DNA from: Lytechinus pictus
Taxonomy: Eukaryota
Length of the DNA stretch: 64,000 nucleotides
Reading direction: 5' to 3'
NCBI RefSeq assembly: GCF_037042905.1
Contig: NC_087250.1
Coordinates: 17,982,001-18,046,000, forward strand
Part shown: piece after piece, positions 1-12,600 of the stretch
Layout: each line of letters opens with the position of its first letter
Numbering within the stretch: the first letter of the stretch is position 1
The notes under the pieces: model-generated
The model's database searches: none
What the model saw: only the letters and a program-made list of their open reading frames with translations
Told to the model about the DNA's origin: nothing
Made by a program: the position numbers and the translations under genes

Positions 1-58
1 GAGGCTGTGCCGTTTCAGCAGGCCTCAGATCCACCAACAAAGAGGTATTATTTAAATC

Positions 59-412
59 CGGGGGGGGGGGGGGCTTAGATTTAGTTAGGACGGGGGTGTG
101 CGGCTGAAGGTTTAAAACCCATACACATATTACGTGTCATTTGGGGTAAAAGGGTTCCAATTATAAGGGATTTATTAAAATTTGACAAGATCTTTGCAAA
201 AAAAAATCACCCAGAATTGGAGAGTATGGACCCATATTTAAGGCCAGTATCTAAAAATTGGGGCCATGAACCTATATTTAAGGCCAGTATAACAAAAATT
301 GGGTCATTTTTAGGGATTTTCCAGCATATAACCAATGTTCAAGGATTTTTTTCTCTCCAAGAAAGTGGCCCATTCTAGCGACACATCGCCGTATGCCTTA
401 TTTTGGGAGTAC
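59..412. mobile_element. MITE-like non-autonomous DNA transposon with a CCGGGG.. terminus
   Basis: Poly-G end, internal repeated cccatatttaagg motifs, flanked by the direct repeat TTTAAATC (51-58, 413-420). Confidence 0.5.
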
Positions 413-514
413 TTTAAATCGCTTTGGGATTAGTTTTATGATAACAAGGAGCCAGATTAATAAGAGCACTGTGTTTGTTTTACGATTATCAAATATGTTA
501 TGAAGCTTAATTAC

Positions 515-643
515 CTGGCTTTCAATTTCTCCTCCCTCACGGTGGCACGTGATTGTGACGTCACCAGACTTTGTTTCAACATTGAAGGGGACCGAGCGAT
601 GGCATCTGTGGTAAGATCGTTGTGTCGACTCCTCTTGTGTTGC
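515..643 (-). CDS. UPA-like exon
   Basis: ttgtag|GCAACA...AGCCAG|gtaatt, 43 codons open in phase 0, as required by the previous exon. Confidence 0.72.
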
Positions 644-3600
644 CTACAAAGATGATTACGATTATATTCTATTTTAATTAATGAAAATGAGAAAAATATA
701 AAAATCTATATTTCATAATTCTAAATACAAATCTGAAGTAGCAATACTCCGAAGACTGATTTTGCCTGCCCGATTGATCTTCCTAAATAAACGTGTTTTT
801 ACCGGTTTCCCACAGAAGCTATCGCATAGTTAACAAGACTTAATGCATGGCTGATCGTCAACATGACGGAATGTCGAGTGAGTTTGAACGCTAGCCTCTA
901 GAGGTGGAGAACTTCGCCGGCGAAACTGTTTCACGAGCGAAGTTCGCCGGTGAAAAGGCCAGTATGAAAGCAAACTGGAGAACTTCTCCTCTTTAATGAC
1001 GTCAGAGGTATTTTTTTTCTCTCCCGAAGTCCCCTGTACCGAGATTCCGCGCGCGATAGTTGCAAGCTCAGCTGAATGCTATGGCCAAGTAGATACCCTC
1101 GAACATTATTTTTTTATACTAACAATATTTATTAAAAAGTCATTTTTACATGTATAAAATGCGCTAAAATATAAAAACAAGGTGATATTGTTTGTTTTCC
1201 TCGAAATACTTCCAAAATATGTTGTACTAGTAATTAATTTTTCATATCTTTTTTTAATAAGGATCTTCATTTTTTTTGAGTTGTTTTGAATTGGCGAATA
1301 AGCGATAATTCTGAACTTATATGGAGCGACGATGTTTAATACTGACCGCTTCGTTTCCAGGTAGGTCGTTACACAACTGAAGAATAACTGCAAGCTCTTT
1401 TCCTCTTTCGATCCTGTCTGGGACGTATGGAGTACAAATAAGTTGCTGTCGGATCACCTGTTGTTCAAGAGGAATCAGAACCCACCACTCCGCACAGTGG
1501 GTAATGTACAGCTCAAGATGTTTCTTGTACAGTCTGCAGTATGGTGGTTTGTCTGGTGAGCTGGATGATTGCTTCCTTAGAGTTTTCGGTAGATCTTGTT
1601 TTACCAATGCCGAAAAGAGAAAAGATCAATGGAATGCATTTTATCACGACTTTCAGAAAGTCATAATGGTTATTAACTGTATAATTATCAGAAACGGTAT
1701 TGTTAGTAACATAATTACTTGCTGAAGGAAGCTGATATATTGAATGATGATATTGCGGTGTTGATTTTTTTATAACAAACACGATGATGAGCCACAGGTT
1801 GATCTTGATGCCTATAAGAAACGACTTAGACCAAGGAATTCGCCCAATGTTTCTGTGTGCCCAGTTTGCTGGTGTGGAAGGGCGTTTGGCAGCATCAAGG
1901 GATTGCGTATCTATCAAGGTAGGATGAAGTGCACCTCAGTGGGGTCAGACTTCTCGCATGGGAGTTCCTCAACATTATTGCCGCAGGCAACGGCGGATCG
2001 CACCGGTTTTAAGACCCAGAATCCGGATAAGTCGAGAGATAACTCTGGTCTGGTTGGAAACCAAAGTACCAGTGTAGATTCATAGCCTTGCAACAGTGGC
2101 AATATGGAGAGGAAGAGAAGGGTGAAATGGCCCACAATGGCTGAGGATGGGAAGTGGAAAGAATTCGATGAGAGTGTTGTGTTGCTGCTCGAACATACAT
2201 TGAAAGGTTCTTCAGGTGAGAAGTTGGATGTTATGGGCTTGTTAATATATTCCATCGGCGTGGAGAGTTTTGGGTTGGTTGACACAAAGAAAGTACATCA
2301 GGTGCAGGAAATGAGTAGGGAAATCAGGAGGTTGGTTAAAGAAATTAGGGTGATGAAAGGAAGGTGGAGGAAAGCAAGTGAAGAAGAGAAGCCTGGTTTG
2401 TCAGTGTTGCGTGACAGCCTGCGGAAGAAGCTCTCCTCTCTCCGTCGTGCTGAATCTCAACGCAGGAAGAGAAGGGATAGAACGAGGGCTAGGAAATTAT
2501 TTTTTCCAGAATTCCTATAGGTACTCCAAGAGTTTGCTTGAACAGAGTAAATCTGGTCAACTAAGTATCTCCAAAGCAGAGCTTGAGGAGCACTTGTCCA
2601 ATACTTACTCAGATAATAAGAAGACCATCCCGATGCCTCCAATGTCTGGCCTGGCCAGGCCTACTGAGCCGGGAGAGCCCTTTGACCTTGCTGAACCAAG
2701 GCTCTCAGAGGTTGTTAGCTTTTTGGAAAAGACATGGACAGGTTCAGCACCAGGGCCTAATGGTGTCCCTTACAAGGTGTATAAGAAGTGTGGGAGATTG
2801 AGGAAGTTCTTATGGCGTCTTCTCAAGGTAGTTTGGAGGCAAGGTGTTGTCCCAGATTCCTGGTGTAAAGCTGATGGTGTTTATATTCCTAAAGAGGAGA
2901 ACTCCACTTCACTAGGTCAGTTTCGGCCTATCTCCTTGCTTAATGTTGAAGGGAAGGTCATGTTTGGTATTTTGGCGATAAGGATTTCTTCCTTTGTCGT
3001 TGATCATGGTCTAGTTAATACCTCTGTGCAGAAGGCCGGGATCCCAGGTTTCCATGGGTGCCTGGAGCACACCAGTATGATATGGCAGACCATACAGCAG
3101 TCAAAGAAGCTGCGACGGAACCTTGCAGTTGTGTGGCTTGATCTTGCCAAGCCCCCGAAGCTACCGCCATTTTGTTTAATCCATTAGAAGCTAAAATAAG
3201 CCCTCATTAATATTAATTTCGTAAGATGCTCCCTCGTCAACTGTGGTTTTGTACGTGTATCAGACAATACGCACATCAGCGCAATGACAAAGGTCAACTT
3301 GGCAAATTCATTAATGTATTCATTTTGTTACGCGCTCGTGACGCGAAGGATTCAGCGAATCAAGCAAGCGCAAATCTGAGACGATACGTTGCGCTCAATA
3401 AAGTATCGATATCACAATCGATATCACTTAAAAACAAAGCATTGTTTGTATTGCGTCTTATAGGCCTATGCTAATTCTAAAAGGGAAGATGAAAAGAGTA
3501 GATCAAGTCGTGATTAGTTAAAGAGGTCTCAAGTGCTTTTGCCATCCCCAAATTGTCACATGTTAAGATATACAGCAATCTTAGTTTTTAACAAATGTAA

Positions 3601-6600
3601 AGAATCGATATTAATCAATCAATATTAGGGGGGCCTACATTATACAAGCTCTGCTTTTCAGTTGGCCCTCCATCCCTTTCAATTATTTATATTTCGATTT
3701 GATAATTGTCTATTGTAATTTTATAATGTTGTCAATTTTTGTATGTACTTCAAATGTGATTATATGTTACTTTGTCAATTGTATCATAATTGTAAATATG
3801 AAATTGAAAGTGGAAAATAAAATAATTGAATTGAAACTAGACTCTAAATAGCCGGCAGAGGCCGCCGAACGGATCAAAGGGGGCTGTTGCACTGACCCAA
3901 AAGTCTTGTTTTCTTTTTTTTTCTAGGGGGGGGGGGGCGGGTGGTGGGGGCAGAACATATGGTTATTACAATTTGATGGTAATTTTCACTGGTTGAGTAT
4001 GGTTACTGAAAAAAATAACTGTCACCACTAATAGAGTACATTTCTTGTTACAAATTTCGAGAAGCAAAAAAAAAATATTTTGTTCAAGGTATAATACGTA
4101 AGGGGCCGGCCCCCTCATGGATCCCCGTGCCTGTTTTCTTCATCTGGCGTCCGTTTCATAATGCATTACAGCTATTTAAACATCGCTGTTATTGTGATTA
4201 CCGTGGTAACCTAGATTAAGATTGGTTATAGCAGTTATCCATCGTAGTTAACTACGATGGTAACGGCTATAACCAATCATAATTACCATACTTGTAACTC
4301 ATGATGAAACGGGCCCCAGTTTATAATGTTTAATACGTTTCCTGTCCCCTTTATTCTCCAGCATTTCTTGCTCTGTTTTTCCATTAAATAATTTTCCCAC
4401 TCACGTTCTTTTGGTGCCGCCTTTCTCCTACATATATTTCCTTCTTCTTTTCCCACTTGTTACCTGTCTCCTGGTTTCCATAAATCTCATCTTATTTCTC
4501 TTCCACCCCTTTGTTCCTACTTCCCACCATTCATGCTCTCTTACCCCTCCCCCTCTAAATTATCTCTTCATATGTGCCCCTCCATTTCTTTCTCATCTTT
4601 TTCAACCCCCTTCTCATCACTCTTTCTCTCAATCTCCATCTCATTTTGAATTTTGCCAATTCGAAATCCCTTTCATTTTAGCTCTGTACAAATACTATAT
4701 GAATACAAATGAAAGACATGAAGGCATTTTCTGGTTAGTTGTGAATTTTATTAATAGCCAGAAAAAATATCACATTATCAGAGGATTTAGCCTTACCTTT
4801 TTTCTTAAGCGTATGTTAATACTTTGGATCGAACGAAAATGTTTTTTGTATGCAGGGGCAGCGATCCTGGGGGGCACAGTTCCCCCTACTTTTTGAAGCA
4901 CTGAAAAGTGCCTTTAATTTTATGTAAGAAAAATGCCCCCTCACGAACGTGTAATGTGCCCCTTTCACCTGACGAGAACCTGTTTTAGGTGTTACCAAGT
5001 GCTCTTCCTTGTATGCAAATTTTTACCAAAAAATGCCCCCCGAACGTGTTCTGTGCCCTTTCATCTGAGGGCGCGTTTTATGTGTTAAAAAATGCCCCCT
5101 CGCCTTCTTGTAAGTGCCCTAGCTTTCTCGAATAACTGCCCCCTTTTACCAAAGAAAAGTACTCCTAAAGAACTTGTTCTGTGCCCCTTTCACCTGAGGA
5201 CCCGTTTTATGGTCACCATGACGAGTGCCCTTTGAAACAAGAAAACAATAAGGAAATCCTTTGTGCATTAAGTTTAATAATTCATGTGAGTGGGGGTAGA
5301 TAAACAGTTTCGTACACTACAGATGGAGGGGGGGGGGCTTGAAGGACTCTTGCCCCCCCCCCAAAAAAAAAAGGTGAAATATATCATTCTGAATATTTTG
5401 TCGAAATCTATCACAAAATTGGATTTTCTTTTTAAAAATGTCAAAATTTTGCTCTCTCGCAACTTCTTAAAAATTTCACATAATACAGCATTTTCCCTGT
5501 GCCCCCCCCCACTTTCAACTTCACTTCGCCGCTCCTATTTTTATGTTTATAGCTTCTCCTTTTGCAATCAGTTTTAATGAAAATCAACAGGAAATTTCAT
5601 ACTTCATGAATTTGGGGTTGTGATAATAATTTTTTTTTTTTAATTGGGACTTGAAAAAAAAAACCTTTTCCATCTTTATCAAGTGCTTCCTAAGCTAAGT
5701 CCCTCTTCAATTTGTTGGATTTCTTGAATGAAAACATCTGTTACACCAGTCCTGCAGATTGAAAAAATAGAGAAAGAAAATCAATGAATTTAAATTAAAA
5801 TTGTCATGATTTGTAAAACATAAATGTTTTAAGAAAAGTAAGACTATACATACCAGTATATATATTTCTTCATCACATAACATAGGAAATCTTACTTCTA
5901 CTAATTAGAAACTTGTACTTCTACAAAGCATATCACTTAAACCTGTTCTATGCAGTTTACATACCACTCTCCATTATAACTACATGTACTCTATAAAAAA
6001 AATGTCAGAGATTTCCTATAAATATGAATATATGAATTAACATATATAAATTATATATAATAGTCAGAATTAAAGTTGATATGTTTTGTTGCACAGAATA
6101 TTTTGATCTGCGAATAAAAACGACACCTAACTATAATCTAAAAACAGAATTGAAATGGTTTTTTCAAAGGCAGGTCTATTTGTTGCCTAAAAAAATTGTG
6201 AAAACCCCCCATTATTAAAAATAATCACTAATTAACTCACTCATATAACTGCTGTAGGATGTATTTCTCTTTGTGGTCCTATCACTGTTCTATTAGGCCT
6301 ACTTCACCAATTATTTATCATCATCAATCACCTCCATGGAAATTGTAGAGCTGCATCATCCTATTGGACAAAATGTAAAATAATAAGATTTAAAAAAGAT
6401 TGTAAATCTACAAATATAAAATATGAATATCATACTAAAGAATGAATAAAATGAATTTTATGAAATATAAAACATGAAAAATAAATATTGCTTTGTTTAT
6501 AAACAAATAGGAAATAGAAAGGCCATTTAAATAATAGTAGATCAAGGACATGACCTTATTTTATAAATTTGCCCAAGGTACATAACTTTTGGCATTGGTT

Positions 6601-9600
6601 CTATTTTAGACTCGAGAGAGTCGAGAGCCTGTATATATAAGAAGTGTATATTCAGTATAGATCCTACCTCTTAGCAGTTGCTCAGGTTATTTTTATTTAA
6701 TGTAAACATGGTTAACATTCATTTCAATGCATGTAATGTATCTGTAATTTTGTATGGGTTAGTTTAACTTTTATACCTGGATGAGAATCTGCAAAATGAT
6801 GCATGCACTTATGATCATCATGTTTAACCATAGGTACCGGGTAGACCTCTACTGTTTTTCTTGTTCTTCAAACTCAACCTGTTTGTGAAAGAAAAGAGAG
6901 AACAATAAGTGTCAGGTAATCTCTTTCATGGCCGTATGTACACTGTTAAAAAAACCCTGATTTTACAGAAAAAAATCAAGATTTTGCAGAAAGCAATAAC
7001 AATCATTCTGTAAATTCATAAAACAGGAATTTTTCTACAGAACAGGTCTGTTTAAAAAGGGGGAAATGGTGTTTTATTTAAGGAAATTTGTAAGGTTCCA
7101 TACACCAAATACGATTTTCCTGTATTAAATTTTACATGATATGATGTAAGATTATGCAATCTGGTAAAATTACAGGTGTTCTCGAGACTCTGCTGCAGGA
7201 ACTTCTTTTATTTTAAGGATAAATTTTCTAACACTGTAGGGGGAGGGGTTTGGGTGGGAGCTGAAATGTGAAAACCTTCATAAAAAAAAAATTGCATGAA
7301 ATCCTTCAATCTTACTTTAGAAAATGCAAAAAACAGCCCTAGGCAACATTGGTTGCTTCGGGCCCTTGCTTTCTGAACTTCAGGTTTCTCTAAATTTTTC
7401 ACATGTCTGCCCCCCCCCAAAAAAAAAAAAAAATTGCATCTTTTTATTCCGAATCTTAATTCATTTGATTTTAACAACATAATTTCATAATCTCATGCAC
7501 TAGGTCTAGATCTATTTGTAAAAAAGTATAGATCTAGTCCAACCAGAATCAGTGCTGCGTGACAGCATTCATGTATCTAAATAAGGTCTAGATCTAGACT
7601 ATCGATAGACTCTCGATCTATCTAGACCTAGAATGTAAAGCTAATCCTTCGGTGACTTTACCTAGATGTAGGCCTAGGCCTATATCGATTTAGAAATTTT
7701 TGATGTCTGACTTTTATTCCTGGTTAAACCTGTCTTCATTGCCATTATTGACCGAGAGTAGATCTAGATCTCCTTGGTCCACTGACAGTCATACTCGTAC
7801 ATGTAAATGTAGTCGTTTAGGCCCAGACCTACATCTAGGCCTAAAATTATAGACCTGGATCCTAAGCCCTGGCCCTGGGGGTACGTGTCGAGGGTTGGGA
7901 AAGTATAAGTTAGATGACTAGATTTGAATTACAAGCATCGATGGATAAAAGTAAACATAAACTGATGAAGTAAAATTAAGAAGCAAGACTAGGCTCTGTT
8001 AACCATGTTAGAAATTAGATCTTGATCTATTGATAATAAGAGTAAGACAAACATGCAGAGCAGCATGTTATTTCTAATACAGAGTCTAACTATATAAATA
8101 ACGTACAATAAGAATTAAAATGGGTGGGGGGCTAAATGCAGAAGAAGCCTGAAGTTATGCAAAATAAATTTGATATCTGAAAGTGAAACTGACGAGAATC
8201 TAGTGAGGATTGACACAATGATGACAGGCATATCTTCTTCCGCACTCCGCTTCACAGTTTATTCCTGACTGAGTTTCGATCTACTGAAGATAGTTGCAGA
8301 TCTCCCTCTAGATCTAACGTTATACAGTGTACAAAAAGAAGCTTCATTCTTCTTGTTTTAATCAATCGTCGGCTCCCGGCCCGATTTTCTCTAGATGCCC
8401 AGCCGGCTAGCCTAGGAGCCCGTACAAAATACATGTGGTTGACACAGCGGCATAACCACTGAAAAGCAACATACAGGCTGCACTGGGCCGGGCGACGATG
8501 ACAGTCTAACTTCAATTTCAAAGACCAAATTTTGCTTTTCTTTAACAGAAGAATAATAGCAAAATCTCTAATTAGTTAAACAAATAACCTAAGATCACAA
8601 AATACAGTGTGAAATGTGTAAATAGTCCACTTAATTAATGTAGTTACATCAATTTATACGTACTCACCGGAGTGTTCGTAGGTCCATTTTTGTGTGGAAA
8701 GAAAAGTTTCAGAATGAATAAATTAGATGACGTAATGAGGTCAAATGAATTATTAATTCTGTAACACGATACTACTAGTATCGATGACAAAGAATCGGGG
8801 AAATCGCGTATTAATGACGCTCCTAGCCAATGAAAAGGCCGGATTATGAATATATTTACGCTCATGAATGTCAATGAGGGCTTATTTTTGTCTTCAAATG
8901 ATCGCGGTAGGCGGAGCCTAATCTCATTTGTTTTGTGCTGAACGCGCACGCAGCTTTCGGTCTAGTAATATATTATAAGGTCTTTGTTGCCAACGCTTAT
9001 GGCTCAGTTCCGCATGTATTGATAGAGTTTGCGATGGATTTCTTGTGGATTCCCCCTCGGGTAACCAGGTATGTGATGCAGTATTTCCAAGGTTTTAAGA
9101 TGAGGTTCTCTACTCAGCAGTATACCACAGACTGACAGAGCCTGAAAGTTGGTATTCCAATGGGATGTGCGATTTCTCCCATTTTGTTTGTGCTTGTCAT
9201 GGATATCCTTGTTAGGTCTGCTGGAGGATTCAGATGTGGTGTGACTTTCCCTGGTGCAGAGGAACTACCTCCAATTCGTGCATTCATGGATGATCTCACT
9301 ATTCTCTGTCCAAGTACGAAGGCTACTAAGGAAATTATGGCTAGGCTCGAGGAATTAATGGATTGGGGAAGGATGAAATTCAAGACGAGGAAGTCGAGGA
9401 GCCTTGTGTTGAAACGAGGTAGGCTAAGTGATTTTCACTTCCTGTTGTGTGGGGAGGAGATCCCATCTATCCAGGATGAGCCGGTTAAGAGTTTAGGCCG
9501 TTGGTATACCGAAGACCTGAAAGATGTAGGAAGAATTAAGGACACTGAGGAACAGATCAGGAAAGGTCTGGGGTCAATTGATAAATGTGGCCTCCCAGGC

Positions 9601-12600
9601 AAACTTAAACTGTGGTGTCTTCAGATTGGGCTGATGCCACGCATCATGTGGCCATTAACTGTCTATGAGATAGGATTGTCGTATGTCGAAGCCATGGAGC
9701 GTATGATCAATTTCTATGTTAAGAGGTGACTGGGTTTTCCAAATTCTCTGACCAACATTGCTCTTCATAGTACTGAGACAAAGTTGAACACCCCCGTCAA
9801 GTCATTGGTTGAAGAAGTCAAGGTGACGAAAGCAAGATCTTTTTTTATGCTTCGTGATTCTAGCGATCCTGTCATTAGAGATTACCAACCTGATGTGAAA
9901 TCGGGAAGGAAGTGGCATGCTGATAAGGCAGTGGAAGAGGCTGAGTCAAGACTGAGGCACAAGGAGATGGTTGGTGCTGCCCAAACCGGTCGTTTGGGCC
10001 TGGGCTGGACTTCTACCAAGAGGTGGTCAGCAGCTTCAGCCCGGGAGCGGCGCGACCTCATTGTGCAGGAGATCAGAGAGGTTGAGGAGGAGAAGAGTTG
10101 GGCCACAGCAGTTGGCCAGGCCCAGCAGGGCTCATGGACGAAGTGGGAGGGGGCGGAAGCCAGAAGGTTGACATGGTCTGTACTTTGGCAGATGGAGCCA
10201 CTTCGAATCTCCTTCGTTGTTCGCTCGACCTACGATCTTTTTTCCCTACGCCTGTTAACCTCAGCAAGTGGTATAACGAGCCTGATAAATGTAGTGCTTG
10301 TGGAGGGAGAGGTACCCTTCAGCATATACTTAGTGCCTGCGAGGTTAGCCTGTGTTGTGGGATGTATACTTGGAGGCATAACCAGGTTTTGAAGGTTGTT
10401 GAAGAGGCGGTTACAAAAAGGGTGACATCTCATAATTCTGGGAAGGGTGTTGCAAATGGGGGTATGCCCCATATTGATTTTGTGAAGGAGGGGGCTAGGC
10501 CAAGGTTAAGGGCAAGGTCTACGAGGCCCAGTATCTTGTCCTCAGCTCGTGATTGGCAGGTGAGAGTCGACCTGGACGGAAAAGGGAGTTTCCCACAGCA
10601 TGTGGTGTTTTCAAATCTCCGCCCCGATATTGTTTTGTGGACTGACTCTGCAAAGGTAATAGTTCTAGGAGAGTTGACCGTCCCTTGGGAGGATAATTTT
10701 GACTTTGCCTTTGAGCGCAAGCTCACAAGATATTCTGAACTTGTGGCAGAGTGTACAGGCAAAGGCTGGAAGGTGTTTTGCTTCCCCTTTGAGGTTGGTT
10801 GTCGTGGGTTCATATCATGTCTAGGTGGTTTTGGGAGTTGGGTTTCTCAAATAGAGAGAATAAGCATGGTTGTAGGGCTGCTTCTGAGGCAGCAGAGAAG
10901 GGTTCTGCTTGGATTTGGACCAAGTATGTCCAAAGGAAGAGGGTGACCAGCAAATAAGCAACTTATTTTTGTCGTTATTTCTTTCTTTCCTCCTTTTTTC
11001 CTTTTCTTTCCCTTTTTTTCATGTTACCAGCGGGGAAGGTGGTGCTTTGCACTGCTGGCCCACCACCAAGAGGGAGTATTGTTTCTAACGGGCCGAACTC
11101 CCAGTGACTGGTGGAAAACAACTGAGGATTCCCCCCTGGTAATGCATGAGGCAGCGTTCTCATGTTTGTTTAACTGTACACGTTGGTATCAATAATGCAC
11201 AAAGCATTTTCATTCATTTGTGGTTTGGAAACATTTTACATGCATTTATTTGGAATATATTTTACATACATTTAATTGTTTGGTTTAAAATTGATTTTTT
11301 TTTGTAATTATATACATTCTTTCTAGCACAAAGCTCAAAGAAGGGAGGATGTTACAATATCTGCATGTTTATGAGATTTGAGGAGCATGTAATGATCCTA
11401 CCAAAAGAGGGCGCTACAAACCTTTAGTACTTATAAAATGCTTCTCTCTCGACTATACAGAAGCTGTGTTATTCTGTTTGACTCTGACTCATAATATAAC
11501 TTGAAACATGATGGCAGTGGTGAAAAGTTACATATTTCCGTAGAACAGTTATTGTTCTTCTTTCTGAACTCTATTATGCATCTGCAAACTGTGTTTTGAC
11601 CTGGATTTCGCCAGCTTTCTGAGAGTCATTCCTGCATGTGTCCCACATATGAAAGTCGGTGTACTGTTTTCTACATTCAGTATAGCTGCTATTAGTATTG
11701 GTGTGAATTACCATTCTGACTTACTGTTACTACTGTTGATTGCATGATGACTGATAATCATAGTGATGGGTCTCCTTCCGAGCTTCCACATGGAGCTACT
11801 TTTGCTAAGCCTTCCATTCAACCCCTGGACATTTTAATGCGTCTGCTGGAAATAATGTCACAGAGGAGTGGAAAATGTGGAGCCAGCAATGGGAAAATTA
11901 CTCTATTCTCACAAATCTCTCTCAACAACCTGATCGTTATCAGACTACCCTTCTCCTTCACAGTGTTGGACCGGAATGTCTTCGCGTCTACAATGGCATG
12001 AAATTTGCTACTGAGGCTGATAGCATCAAATGTTCTGTGATTATATGGACAAGTTTAACACACATTTACTTGGGGAGAGAGCAGGGAATTCTTTGAGAGA
12101 TTTAGATTCAACCAGCGCAATCAAGAGAGTGGTGAATCCATTGAGCAGTATGTCACGATTCTTCTTATGATGAGCAAAACGTGTGGATTCTGTGACTGTA
12201 TAAAAGACAAGCTGCTTGTTGATCGTGTCCTACTCGGTGTGCGTGATGATCGAATGAGAGAACTACTCATTTCGAGATCTGACCTTGACCTCACGACTGC
12301 TATAGACGTGTGTAAAGCTGTAGAGGCTACTTCTGTCCAAATGAAAGCTCTGAGTCAAAAGAATGAATGACATACATAAAGTTGGACAGAGACATTTCCC
12401 AAAGTCTGGAAGGAAAATAGCAGAAAGGTAAATCAGAGGTTAAGAAGTGCAAGTTCTGTAACAGGGTTCATGAGATGAAAAAAGAGTCCTGTCCAGCATG
12501 GGGACAAAAGTGCAAAGCTTGCAGTAAGCCTAATAACTTCAAGGGATCTTCAGTGTGCAAGACCAGGAATATTCACCATGTCGGAGATGATGACTACTCA

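Larger units (their letters stand above)
3151..8986 (-). mobile_element. 5.8-kb non-autonomous insertion splitting the HERO RT; 7-bp direct repeat TTGCCAA, no TIR, asymmetric subterminal inverted repeats
   Basis: TTGCCAA at 3144-3150 and 8987-8993. Removing the insert restores WLDLA-NAYGSVPH. AAAATAAGCCCTCATT at 3193-3208 is inverted at 8873-8888. Confidence 0.85.

Noticed and set aside
11090..11135. Hammerhead ribozyme suggested by CTGAGGA in the HERO 3' UTR
   Set aside because: No GAAA core follows a stem II in the required geometry.
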